Shown here one piece after another: positions 1-12,724 of a stretch of 64,000 bases of DNA. The translations under genes and the position numbers were made by a program. The notes below the pieces were generated by a model that made no database searches, was not told where the DNA came from, and was given only the letters and a program-made list of their open reading frames with translations. Origin of the DNA: Marsupella aquatica (Eukaryota; Plantae; Marchantiophyta); contig OZ316893.1 in assembly GCA_973895155.1 (NCBI GenBank), positions 1,736,860 to 1,800,859 of the forward strand, read 5' to 3'. How positions within the stretch are numbered: position 1 is the first letter of the stretch; every line of letters begins with the position of its first letter.

Positions 1-1735
1 TTGACGGTGATCATTCTTTCAATCCGTTCGAAGCCATAATTATGATGAATTAAAGAAACACCGTACGACTAGAAATAACACTCCTACAGAACGTACGGCT
101 CAGAGAGTATCGCGGAGTTATGGCGTTCACGGCAAACGAAGCCTCGTGGGAAGACCCAAACAATCAAAGACATACGGACCACCGTAGTGAAGACCACCGA
201 GAGCCAAGCTTGCATATCACGCTTGGACTCCGACATCTTCGACAGCACCAGTCTACAAGAATGCAAAGCTGCCACTCCGTCCCCCCTTCACTCCCTCCCT
301 CCTTGTTACACGGGATACGATGTTGGTCTTCGAGCGACCACAACGGATACGAACATGTTACACGAACGCACTCAACGTCGTCGAACAAACTGTTCATGGG
401 AGTATTCAGAGTCGTTCTCAAATTCCAGGATGTAAATGGAATGTCGTCTGTCCGTGAACCGTGGTGCTACCATCCTGGTTTGCTTCCCAGAGGCAGAGAG
501 AATAAATGTCTTCTTCGTACGTTTGTGAGTACACGATTCGCCCCAAGGACACCAGTCGTCCACCGTGAACAGTGATAGTTTCGCCGTATCGAGGAAATTC
601 CGGCCGATCAGAGAAGGCATCCCTTCTTCTTGGACACTCCGCTTCACCGAATAAATAGCTCCTTCGGTGCTTCGGGATTTCCCACAAAATGCCCAATTGA
701 ATTCGAGATTCCTTAAGTTTTGTCAGGAGCTGGATCATCTTCAGTCCCAGTTCTTAAAAGTGTAGACCAGACAGGGCGATTCGGGCGGAAAGCATCCGAA
801 GAAACCAGTGGAGGTTGGACACCCGCTAGTGTATGCTAAGCTCGGTTCCATCTGTACGTTCTTAAACTAGTCGACCAACGAGTCAATCAAAGACGATTGA
901 GAATCAGTACTGGGACACCAGAGTCCAGTCATAACACTGAGGTCGCTCCCAGATATCCAAGAAATTGCAGCCAGCACAAAGCAGCCGTTTCTCGCTGAGT
1001 ACCTTGTCCCAGTCCCGATAACAATACCGCTGTTACTGAAGCTGGGCCGGAGGACATCATTGTCAACTCTTGTGCGAGGGTGTGTGCTGGAAGCGAGCAA
1101 TCAGTCATGTCCTTTGCCAGTCAGAGTAGCATATTCGTGAGCTGAGCATAAATCAATTGTGGAACAATTCCAAACCCGTCCGACTGTGCCATCCCCATAT
1201 ACTTCTCGACGCTCTTTCCTTTTCGTCTGTCTGCCCTCAACAGCAGCAGCTCGAACAACAAGATATGCGGAATGCACAGTGACCGCAGCCCTTCCTGCAA
1301 AGGTCAAGAGGACTGTAGAAGGGAAAGTATGACACTCCGTTCCACATGGAGGAAAACAGGCCCGACCAGCCATTCAGAAGGGAAACGCTGTTCTCCCCCT
1401 CCGTGTTTCTGTGACTTTCCGCGACGTGGGTCGTGAGAGACAATACCACCCAACACAAGCGCGAAGAGCAAGCGAGCCGGCGATGCAACCAGAGGTATCG
1501 CGACAGCATGTTCACATCTTGAATTTCTTTTGTTTCAGTCACTTGCTGGTGAACGATCGAAAGACATGACCCGAGAGCTTCTCAGACGCTAGACCTCCTT
1601 GGCAACACTGAGAATGACTGAGAATGATGATGGTGACAATCATAAGACAATTTCGGAGCCCACCATTCCTCCGCAAAATAAAACAAACGAAACGAAACGT
1701 AACGTAACGAAACAAGTCAACCATCACCGACTCAC

Positions 1736-2460
1736 CAGGGGCTGAACATCGAGCTCCGGCTAGCGGTCCGGGGGACGAAAACCTGTGTTCGCATTTTGTG
1801 CAGCAAACCACCGCCTGCTTCTTCTTCTTGCCCCGTTGCTGCTGCTGCTCCTCTTCCTGCTCCAGCAGCTCTTCGCCGTCGTTCTTCACAGAACGATATG
1901 GCATACGCACAAGAAAAAAAGGAGCAAAAAGGCCGGGACCACGACGCAGGCAGAATCGGCAGAACCACCGAGCACTTCTGTGCTGCTGGATACAAATACA
2001 CCTGCGGCGGCACACAGAAAAACAGAGCGACCAGAAACGCTGCCATGTCTGCAGTCTCCCTCGAATGCACCCCTCTCTCGATCACAAACAAGCTTCTCTC
2101 GATCACAAACAAGCTTCACTCGATCAATCGATTCTTCCCTCCTCTCGTTTCTTGTCAGCGAGCTACTTATCGACAACACCTCCTCCGCCCCTCTCTTTTT
2201 CTATCTGCAAATACGTGCTTCCTCTTCTTTTCTTCGACTTCTCTACTTCCGCTGCCCACGGATTAGCTAGAATAATCAATCAACCTCTCCCTCTCCTTTC
2301 GTCCTGCTTCTTCCCACCCACGATCAGCAGCACCGAGCTCCGTAGCTGCTATAGTACCACTGTCTACAACAAACGGAGCCCCACAAACAATCATCATCAC
2401 CATCATCACCCCCCTCCTCTGAGACCCTCTTCCTCCGTTTTCTTCGGCCTCTGAACGTCA
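1736..2460 (-). other. Probable first (5') exon of a gene continuing leftwards out of the window
   Basis: GA/CAG-rich leader-like sequence on the minus strand ending at a consensus donor CTG|GTGAGT (intron starts at 1735). ATG at 2046 (GACATGGC) is open to the donor. No product recognised. Confidence 0.4.
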
Positions 2461-2679
2461 GCACCTGCAGCTAGTGTTGCGGCATAGCTATGGAGGTCTG
2501 GGATCGACCTCTCTGGGATCGCAGGCTCGCACAGCACCTCACTGAAACTCTACTACCTCCTTGCTTTTGTTTCTTTTGCTTCGCTTTGGAGAAGATACCC
2601 GTCCTATGGCAACTCTTCGTGCATTTTCTCCCGTCCAACAGATTTCTCTCCCTCAGTCGGTCCGCCTCCTTCGCGAGCC

Positions 2680-3760
2680 AAAATAGCAAATACGTACCCA
2701 ACTGGTAACTTGGTTTGGGATTCTCCGTTGCGAAATTAATTGCGAAAAGTATGCCGAATAGCATGCTCAATACTATGAGCAGTCCTATTACATTTTCATA
2801 GGAAGGATTTGGCTTAGCCTACGGTAGTGGCAACAACTTGGTTGGCCAATCCACCTCCCTTTACAAGCAAAACTAGCATATATATTTATATATATGTACC
2901 CAAATGAATTATTTTTATTGTTTTATTTTTTAAGAAGGGGCAAACTCCCCCAAACTGACACCCCGGAGAACAAAATCCACCCCGGCCCAACTGCGGCCGC
3001 AGGGGCTGGCTGACCCAAAAATACAAAACCAACACTGATCAGGCCAGAAACCTCTGAGACTCCATCTAGTGACCTTGGAGACTCCAAATGGTAGCTTGGT
3101 TTGCCATTTGAGTCACAAAATTAATTGCAAAATGTGTGCCGAAAGTATGCTGAATAGTGTGAATTTTATGAGCTGTCCTATGGCATTTTCAGAGGATTTG
3201 CCTTACTCTAGTGATAACTTGGTTGGCGATTCTCAATTGCAACAAGTATGCTGAATTTGCTGAAGAGTATGGTGAATTATATGACCAGTCCCATAGTATA
3301 GTCCTAGGATTCACTTTACCGTAATGGTAACTTGGTTCACTACTTAATTGTGTAATCAATTGTGAAAAATACACTGAATGAGATGCTAAATTTTCTGACA
3401 GTCCCATAGCATACTCCTAGGACTAGGATATAGTTTACCTTAGAGGTAACTTGGTTGGCCAATCTCAATTGCTAAAAGCGTGTTGAAGAAGGTGCTGAAC
3501 AATATGACTAGTCCCATAGTATAGTCCTAGGATTCAGCTTACCAATACCTTGGTTTGCAATTCTCCATTCCAAAATCAATTGCAAAAAATATGCTGAATA
3601 GGATGAATAGTTTGGTGAATAGTATGCTGAATATGCAGAATTGTAGGACTAGTCCCATAGCATAGTCATAGGATTAGGAATTGGTAGAGATAACTTGGCG
3701 TACCATCATCACTTGCAAAAACCTATTTTTATTTGATTCCAGAATTTAGTATGAGCAAAG
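2680..3760. repeat. Degenerate tandem array of ~110-130 bp units
   Basis: Recurring GGTAACTTGGTT...TATGCTGAATA...AGTCCCATAG..TAGTCCTAGGA motifs, about 8 copies. Confidence 0.7.
2907..3083 (-). mobile_element. Short 5'-truncated non-LTR retroelement insertion
   Basis: T-rich tract at the left end. CCAAATG direct repeats at 2900-2906 and 3084-3090. Removing it restores the array unit seen at 2695-2716 (GTACCCAACTGGTAACTTGGTT). Confidence 0.55.
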
Positions 3761-4479
3761 TTTTTTGCGACCACATGGTTCTATCAGTCTATTTATTCCA
3801 GGATGTAGCTGATACCTAGCATACACATGTGTTCAAAGCCAGTTTCAACAGAAAACTCCATTTTCCTGGGAATATTCTCTGACAAAGAATTCTGGCTGTT
3901 TAATTCTCTATTTCTCAATACTGCCAGCATACTTTTCCTGCCCAACTTTTTTTGGTAAGCCACATATTTGAGCTCGATGCCAAAAATGAATTAATTATTT
4001 TTAACTCAGACTTGACTTTACTGCGCGTTGTTTTTTCACAAAACCCGTGTCATACGGCAGCGTTCGCTTTTTCTCGAAAAGGCAAATTTAGCACTTTATT
4101 GGAGTAAACAACGACCCAAACATGAACCAGAAGAAAGGAAACGCAACAAAAGCGCAGTTACTCCCTTGGACTGACTGTGTTAAAGTAAAACAGAAATACT
4201 ATGGAGAAAAGGGACCAATTTAGTGAGATCTCATTTTACTGTCATGGACTCCAAAGTAATAAAAATTACAAATCTGCCTCCAAAACTTATTGGATAATCA
4301 TGTTGTCCCATTATGTATGTGGGTTGGCTTAAACAGACCAGACTAACCCGAGATGGCATATAGTTGGTGTGGGGACTTGTAGAGGCTCATAATTTGTCCA
4401 AGCTAAACTCCTCCGACTGTAAAAGTGAGAGGAATGAGATGGACCAAAATCCGGTATTGATGACAGGAGTCCACAAGGA

Positions 4480-5030
4480 AGACTCCAACAATAAAGTCCC
4501 CAAAGTGACTAGCCTGGAGCAGAGTATAGCAAAAGAGGTCCAGAGATGACAAACACTAAAGTCTAAAGAAGTGGGAAAATACAAACCACACAAATCTAGA
4601 AACAAAGATATGAAGGAAGACTCGCAACAACTAAGTGCCCAAAGTAAAGAGGCTAGAGTAAAAGCAAAAGAGGTACAGGGGAGATTAAACTCTAAAGAAT
4701 AGAGCTAATGCAAACCACAAAAACCTAGAAACAAATATATGAAGAAAAATTATAAACAAAGTAGTTCCCAAAGTAAAGAGGCTAGAATTAAAGCAAAAGA
4801 GGTCTGGAGAGAACAAACACTAAGCTCTAAAGGAAGAGGTCCAATGCAAACCACAAAAACCTAGAAGCAAAGATATGAAGGAAGGCTCCAAACAATGGAG
4901 CTCACAAAGTGAAGACCCTAGGTTAGAAGCATAAGAGGCCCAAAGAGGACAACCGCTAAACTCTAAGGAAGAGCTCAAATGCAAACCACAAAAACCTAGA
5001 AATAAAGATATTAAAGAAGACTCAATGGAG
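4480..5030. repeat. Degenerate ~130-135 bp tandem repeat (about 4 copies)
   Basis: CAAACCACAAAA(A)CCTAGAA.CAAAGATATGAAG recurs at about 4581, 4711, 4847 and 4982. Confidence 0.75.
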
Positions 5031-6348
5031 ACCCCACTTAACGGAATGAACCCAGCATCAAAAAGGCTAACCATAGTGTAATACTCAATTGGAATAACAA
5101 TCAGCCCAGGCGCTTTCTTCCTGGCCACTTCTTGACCAAATGATGCATCTCTTTCAAAAGTTCACTTTAATCCAGTCTGCAGCATCTGTCTATGACCCTT
5201 TAATTTGAGCCCATGAGAACACTTGGAATACATGGAAGTGTTAACTTCTGCAACACTTTCCAATCCATTAAGGATCATAACAAAGAATTCAGCATAAGCG
5301 CTTTCTTCTTCAAGTGAGAGAAGAACATACTTGAGCAATTATCACTGTGCTCAGTTCAAACAGACTCCAAAGTTTTTGTTTCGATTTTCCTTGGGTTTTG
5401 GCATTTTTTCCTATCCTAATAACAATGTGCTTAAATTGCCTACATTCCTTAGAAGTTGAGATGAGAAAGGTTTGATGATAGTTAGCTTAGTAGTGTTGCA
5501 GCTAGAGCGGAGAGGGAGAGAGTGAGGCAAACACTACAAGGGAATTTGTTGTTCTTGTTTCTTCCTGAAGATTTTCTTTCTCCCAACTAGTTTTGGTTTT
5601 TAACTCAGGTTTTGGTTTTTAACTCAGGTTTCCATATGAGTTTTGGTTTTTTCCCATGTTGTGTGTGGGTGTGGGTGTGTTCCTTTTCTGTTCTTTGTGT
5701 TTGTTTCCTCCCACATGTTTTTCCTGCTACCTAGATTTATTTTAGTCAACAATTGCTGAATAGCACATCTCAAGCAGATTTAAAAGGCTGGGTCTAACAG
5801 TACTAGGGTACCATTCAGCTAATTCAGCTGGAAGAATGAGCTGAATGGCAGCTGAAAGGCAGGCTTTAACAGTACCCTAGAGCATGGAAGCATGAGCTGA
5901 ATTACACTTAAACCAGCTTTTTTGCCTCTTATCAAATTGTCTGTTTTTCACTCATTTTCAACTTCCTCATTGTTTGTTGTTTTCTGTTTTGTCTACTTGT
6001 TTTTTGCTTTTCTTTTCTGTTCTCACACACGTATTTGATTTAATTTTCTTCTCCACATTTCTTTGTGTTTTGCCCACTTATTTTGCTGTGTTGCGTTGCT
6101 TCCACTTGCTATCTACCAATTATTTCATGATCTGTATTCTTTCAGTATTTTTGGTTTGGAAAGGGGAGGGCCAGCCCCATGAATAAAATGCAAGGGGGGA
6201 ACCCAAGCCAAAGAATAACATGGCCCAGCAGCAAGGCCACAGCCCACACCCAAGAAAACAAAGCCAAATCACACCCTAATCAGGCCATTAGAGCCGGAAG
6301 AGCTACCATAAAGTGACCCCATCCAGTATCCAGACAGAGCTATCCCTA

Positions 6349-7212
6349 CCATCTTCCCCCAAACATAACGCCCGGGCGCTATATTTGAATAGTGGGCCGG
6401 GGGCGCTATATTTGAATATAGCGCTCTAGGCGTCGTGTTCAATTTTTTTGACATGGTTTTGGATTTGTTTTTCACTAGTGGTGCTGTGTTCGAAAATGGC
6501 GTTGTGTTCAAAAATAGCATTGTGTTTGATTTTGACGTTGTGTTTGAGTTTAGGTTGTTGTGTACAAGGTTAGGAGATTAATGTATTGTGTAAGTACAAA
6601 CTGAAGTCTTAAATAATGTGTTTGGGAATGTGTAGGTAATTCAAAGGCTAGAATTAGGCAAGGGAAACTAAGAGAACGGACCTTGCAAATCATAAGTACC
6701 ATAAATTTATGACAAACAACAACATTCTAAAAACTGTTCCAAAACATCACTATTGTCAACTTAGTGCATGTCATACCATAAGACAATTGTTTGATTGCCT
6801 CAAACAATAAAAAGATGTCTAACAACACAATAAAATCACATAACCAAGGAGACTTGGACAAGTTGTCTACTATGTGCACTGAGCTTCTGCTTGATAAATT
6901 GTTGCTACATGTTGTGAAAACTGTGGACTGCCTACTTCATTTGTTCAGTTTTGAATTACACTACCTACCAAAATACGATCTCACATAGAGCCAACGCCCA
7001 CACTTTGCTGCGCCAACTTTGAAAGTATGTGCCAACTTCAAACACAACGCCAAAGCTGCACTAACTTTGAACACAGCGCCAAACTTGAACACAGCGCCCG
7101 GGCGTTGTGTTAATCCAACGCTGTGTTTAAATAAAAACCACTTTTACTTTTAGGGCCCAAAAGAAGTCATATTCGAACACAATACCTGGGAGTTGTGTTC
7201 GGGGGAAGACGG
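6349..7212. mobile_element. Non-autonomous Tc1/mariner (pogo-like) DNA transposon
   Basis: ~40-bp imperfect TIRs: CCATCTTCCCCCAAAACATAACGCCCGGG versus the reverse complement of the right end, CCGTCTTCCCCCGAACACAACTCCCAGG. TA on both flanks (6347-6348, 7213-7214). Multiple subterminal GCGYTGTGTT-like motifs in inverted orientation at the two ends. Confidence 0.8.
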
Positions 7213-10200
7213 TAGGCAACCAAATATAATGACTTGGAAGACTGGTGATCAAAGTGGGATACAAATAGTTGGACCCAGTGTCCAGCCTAACCTGGGATCT
7301 TTTACAAGAGAGGTGGCTCCTCCTAAAGGCACTAGTGGACTGCCCCCTGCTGCCCCTATGCCTAAAAGGCTGACAACACCTACCAATGCAACCTGCCAAG
7401 GTCTAGCTCCTATCAAAGTCACCAAGATGGCTGCATTGCTGTCTAAAAAACTCCAAAATGTGGCCAAAGTAAATCACATTGGTAGGACAATAAGTGGATA
7501 CATCTCGAGCTTGTGTTTCAATCACACGTAGTGCAGTCAAGCTACCCATACCAGTCTGGTCTGACATTTTAGGTGAAGGCGAAGCAACACCAGGGCACAA
7601 TCCCTCTCCTCAACTTTCCCTCAAAGTGTCAAGATTAAGTGTTGGGGGATCTCATTTGTCAAGAGTTCACTCAGAGCAGCAGACTGTAGTTGTCTGGCAT
7701 TCTTAGCTGATTGGCATTCTTTCCGTAAATTTTTTCTCCTCTTTTTTTCTACTCAATGTTTTTCTTTCCTAACAGATTATCTCTTTCTGCTCCCAGGTGA
7801 TTTCTTGCGTTCTTCCCAAAATGGAAATAGCTTAAACATGTGAAAGTTCCAAAAAAAGGGGAAAAAAAAACCATAAAAGCTTCAGTTCCATGAAGTAGTT
7901 TGCAATGTCTGTTTGTGCTCTATTTTTTTCTCTTTTTGTTCTTGTATTTGGGTGGGAAAAAAGTCCTCTTAGACACAAAAGTTTATTCTAGAGAACCAGA
8001 TGGACACTTCCAAACCATATTGTAGTACAAAGGGAAAAAAGCACGGTGTTACATGAGTAAAATTTAATGTTCATGTAGGGGCAAGGTACTCTGAGAAATT
8101 GTAAATATGTTATGACAATATAACTAAATGTTCTTAAAGGGAGAAAACACTGAGAAATTATGAATAGTGTTATGAGAGCAAAATTTAGTGTGTACATTGT
8201 GTCTTTGAGGGTTCTGTGAGCCAATCTGAGTACCTTGCCAAACCTGTCTATCCTAGCTTTACTTTGATTTTACTGACATGTATTCTTCAATAAGCTTGTT
8301 CTCAGTTTTATAAATAAAAAATAAACTGTTTTAATGCTGTGATTGATGGCTTCTTTCTAGGACGAAAAGAGGGCCCAACCAACGATGCAGGAAGTACTTT
8401 TAATGATCCCTACTCTGTGGGATAGATTAGTATGAGGAACCTACATAATTCCTCCCTAATAATAGCCGCATCAAAGCATGAAGTGATTTCCCCGCTACTT
8501 GAAGAATAATTTAGAAGCGAAGAAGCCACTGTCTCCCAGATTCTTCTCCAAAGTCGAGTATTTTTCTCGCATCCCCAGACATATTGTTGATGAGAAGATT
8601 GAGGACTATTTGAGTGCACTCCTTCCAAAGCTCAAAACCTATTTGGAAAAAGTCCTCTTAAAGATTGGAAAGACCATGCAAAGACCATGCACTGACCTAA
8701 AATTAGTGAAAAGATAGAGGACAATTTCACTATCTGAATTTGGGTAAGTGCACACTTTCCAAAGTAATGATTGGTTTCGATATTGATTCTATTGTGACTC
8801 GAAACAAACATAAATTAAGATTTTGAGCAAGATTGTCCAGAGCATGGGTGTGTGGACAGAGGCATGGATGTGTGGTAGCTCACTTAAGTGGAGTGGAGAC
8901 TGATAAGTATTGGGCTAAATTGTTGTGACTGATTATTCCTTTTATGTGGGGTTTCACAAATTTACCCTTATTAAATGTATTTATTTTAGAAGAAGATTTC
9001 AAGCAAGATTTCTCCTTAGTTATCAACCATAGTTTTTTGGAAAGAAAATTGGATGATCTGTCTAGCAAGCCAACTTTTGCTTGAATCAGATCAGATTTGA
9101 GAATGTTATGAGCAAGAACCCACAGTCAAAGCCATTTCGTCCAAAACATGCTTTGTTAGTGTTCTTCACTTGCTGAGAGACAAAAAGTGGTCAAAAGGAA
9201 GCTGCAAGCCGATGGAAATTGATGGATGGAATGGAAGCTGAGGGAAAGAAGGCCACTGGCACCAAAGCTGATGGAAATTGACGCAGCAAACCGGAGTTGA
9301 TGGAAACTAAAGCTGCGCCAAGGAAATGATGCTGAAACCAAAGCTGAGTTCAACGGAAGTGGGGGGATACCGATTTAGTTGAGAAAACCCAAAGCGGATT
9401 GGAACCAAAGCTGGGTGCAACCTAAATCTCAGAAAGTAAAAAGCATTGAAACCAAAGCATAAATGTGCAAGAAGGTCAAAGAAAAGTGTCAAGGACTAAT
9501 CAGAGCAGAACTATCCCCATACTAGACCATTTGGGTTGTTCTGAGTATCAATGTTGCTTGCTGGGAGAAGAGCTAGCCCAATCAGGTGAGAAACCAGAGT
9601 TAGTGCCAAATTGATCGAAATAGGGACTCCGCAATTGGGTGAAAGATCCTGCCCAAAGTCATAGGAAGTTGAAGAAAAACATCAAAAACTAAATGGGGCA
9701 TAACTATTTCAGAAGTTGACCATTTGGGCCACAACTTGTATCGAGCTTCAACGCATTTCCAAGAGCTTTCCAGAGCCATCAAGAAATCCTGAATACAAGC
9801 AAGATTAACAAAGTTACAAGCCAAAACAACTGCCAAACTCAACAAATGGGCGGAAATTCAAGCATACAAGGTAGTGAGGACAATGAACATGAAAAGTTTA
9901 GCATAATTGTGAATGTGTACTTTTTGCATATTTTTGCAAAGAGTAGTCACCATTATATTATATTATCTGCACTGTCAAGAACAAAAAATCACATATTGGG
10001 AGAAAGATCCAAAGGCCATAAACCCCATAAAAGGGGGGAGGGGGCGTGCTGGGGGAACGGGATGAGCCAGTTGGTAGGGGCAAAGTTTTGGGACGAGCGG
10101 CCATATATAAGGGGAAAGAATGACTGGACCCAAACATCTCCTCTCTTTAGATGCTATGGGGGCTTCTTAGAGACTATGTATCTTTCCCATATAGTTTTTA

Positions 10201-10382
10201 GAGCCATATTAGATCCCAAGACAAAACCGTTGAATACGTCTAGTGTCTAAAGAAGTCCCTACTGCCTAAGTGAGTAGAATCCCTAGTCTCTAAAGAGACG
10301 AGAGGAGAGGAGAAAGTCAGAGAAACTAGGATGGAAACTAGAACTATTCTAATTTTTTTGCTTCACATCTAACGTGGCCCAC

Positions 10383-10460
10383 AATTTTTGTGAAGTGCAT
10401 GAATGGGTGAAAAAGAAGCCCCCATAGCTTTTTCACCCATGCATGCACTTCACAAAAATT
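10383..10460. repeat. Near-perfect hairpin (33-bp stem, 1 mismatch, 12-nt loop)
   Basis: AATTTTTGTGAAGTGCATGAATGGGTGAAAAAG ... CTTTTTCACCCATGCATGCACTTCACAAAAATT. Confidence 0.9.
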
Positions 10461-10524
10461 CAAGCAAAGTCCATCACACTATTCAAATTGATTTAATCTT
10501 CAGATGTTTAACTTCAAGTAAGTT

Positions 10525-10890
10525 ACTTTAGTTTCTAATTTCTGGGTCTCTCAAGCCAAAGAAAACCTACTCACTACTTCAAGCCGTTTATTTTAAAATA
10601 TAGGGAATATAGGGGGGTATGTTGCGGTTACTTACGCTAAGATAGTTTCTAGTTTCTAGTTTCTACGTCTCTCAAGCCAAAGAAGACTTATTCACTACTT
10701 CAAGCCTCATATTTTAAAATAGGGGCATATTGCGGTTTGCTCGTGAATGAATTCAATGAACTGAGCATTAAAAACCAAAACAGAAGTAAAAACTTATTCA
10801 CTACTTCGAGCCTCATATAATAAAATAGGGGCATATTGCGGTTTGCTCGTGAATGAACTGAGCATTAAAAACCAAAACAGAAGTAAATAT
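10525..10890. repeat. Tandem repeat of ~105-120 bp units (about 3 copies)
   Basis: TCACTACTTC.AGCC...AAAATAGGG...GCGGTT recurs at about 10571, 10692 and 10797. Confidence 0.75.
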
Positions 10891-12724
10891 TTAAATTAAA
10901 TAACGGCTTGGTGTAATTACTTTGGAATTTGATTGTACTACTAATACGAGAACTTGCATAACCCCCACCCATGACTCACATGAATCAGACCTACGAATTA
11001 TTTACTCAAATAATAATTGGGAACTAAAGTAAAGACACAACATTGGGGGAAATCGTACGAGTATTAGGACTACTATGTTCAAATCCTTATAATTACTGAG
11101 TGCATTTATTAAGCCTCTACTGAATGCACTGCACAGGAAAGACTCTACATTATTATTATTATTATATTACGGGGAAAAACCTGGCATATTATAGTGTGCT
11201 AATTATATTATATAGTGTATGTACAAATGTAGAATGTCTTAACAAACTATGTGTTTGTATTATTTTATACACATGTCCATTCTCTCTTAAATTGGCCTCT
11301 TGTCATACATACTAATAGCCTCTAAGCTGTCCTTCGTTTTTAAATATGTCTTACAGGCCAAAAAACTTAAGGCGTCCATCTTGGATAGATTACTTTGAGA
11401 CTTTCTAGATTGGGTCACTCTTTTCAGGCATAATACTTACAATGCCATTGAATTTGTTTTTATTTGTCCTATTGTCACTGTTTTTGTTTGTGGGTCAAGA
11501 AAATTAACCCTAGGTTAGCTCTTCCACATCCAATGGCTATCATTGCATCCGGTCCCATGGTCGGACAACTCCGGTCTCCCTGAATGTGAGCAGGACAGAA
11601 GCACATGTTACAACGCAGGGACAAGCTGGCCCTTGACAAAGGCTAAGCCTCAAGGAAGACTAAGGCTGTTGTGATTGCAAAATTGGGTGCAATGACAGCC
11701 ATTGGATCTGGATGAGGCACGAGTGAGGTAGGCCAAGCCAAAAGCATATGGAAATGTGAAAATACAAGAAATCATGCAGAAAGGTTCTCACAGTCGACTA
11801 GCAGAAATGCGGTGAAAAATCACATGCTGAACATAGTATGCATCATTTAGATAATTCCCTTGAAACCAAGAAATCTAACCTGCACCTCCTCGGGCAGCGG
11901 GGACCAGGCATACAAACTTGGGCCTGAAAGGAGAGAGCTCCATTCTCAACTCCCAGGACAGAGTGAGAGCTCAAATAGACTTAAGGTCCACAACAATGGT
12001 TTTTTTTAATTACTAGTTTGTCATATTTTCATTGTCTCCTCATTGAGCTTGCATCATGAGGTTGTGTGATTTGACTGCCAAGAGGGATTCTACATACTTA
12101 AGGTCTTCTCAAACAAGACCATTTATGCACCAAGCTACAATAATTACAATGAATGTCAATCCCCTCAAGATGTTGGCAGGTAATGCACAGACTACACATT
12201 TCAAATAGTGTTGTCTATTCTTTGAGAAAAATTGTTATAGAAAAATTGAGTGAATAATAAATTGATCAATGTTGATTTGATTGGTTGATGTTATTATACC
12301 TGGGATGCTTCTAATTGCCATTCTGATTGAGTTATTGTGAGCCAATTCAGCTATCTACTTCTTGTCTATTTTCAGGTGTTACCCAATCTGTGATCTCTCC
12401 CAAACTTTTGTCATTGGTTCTTATTGTTTTGGGATTTTCTATATAGATTTTTTAATTTTTAGTTTATAAATGTTAGAAGAGAAATTTTCATGGTTGGATG
12501 CAGCCAATCCTAACTGGAAAAGTCTGCAAATAATGGCATGATGGGGTCCCAACTACCAACTATTAACTTGCTGCACCCCAAAGTATCAAAATTTATCCGA
12601 TGAGCCACTATCATACAATCTTGAATGATATGTGACATAAAATTGAGCCAGTGACCTAGTTCAAAACATAACATTAGTACTGCATAGTACAATTGAGTTA
12701 TGCTTCCTTGAGTTACAAATGACA

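Noticed and set aside
1-1730. Coding exons or known conserved-peptide uORFs (SAMDC, SAC51, bZIP, GGP)
   Set aside because: No frame matches a motif I recognise; treated as probable intron or leader sequence.
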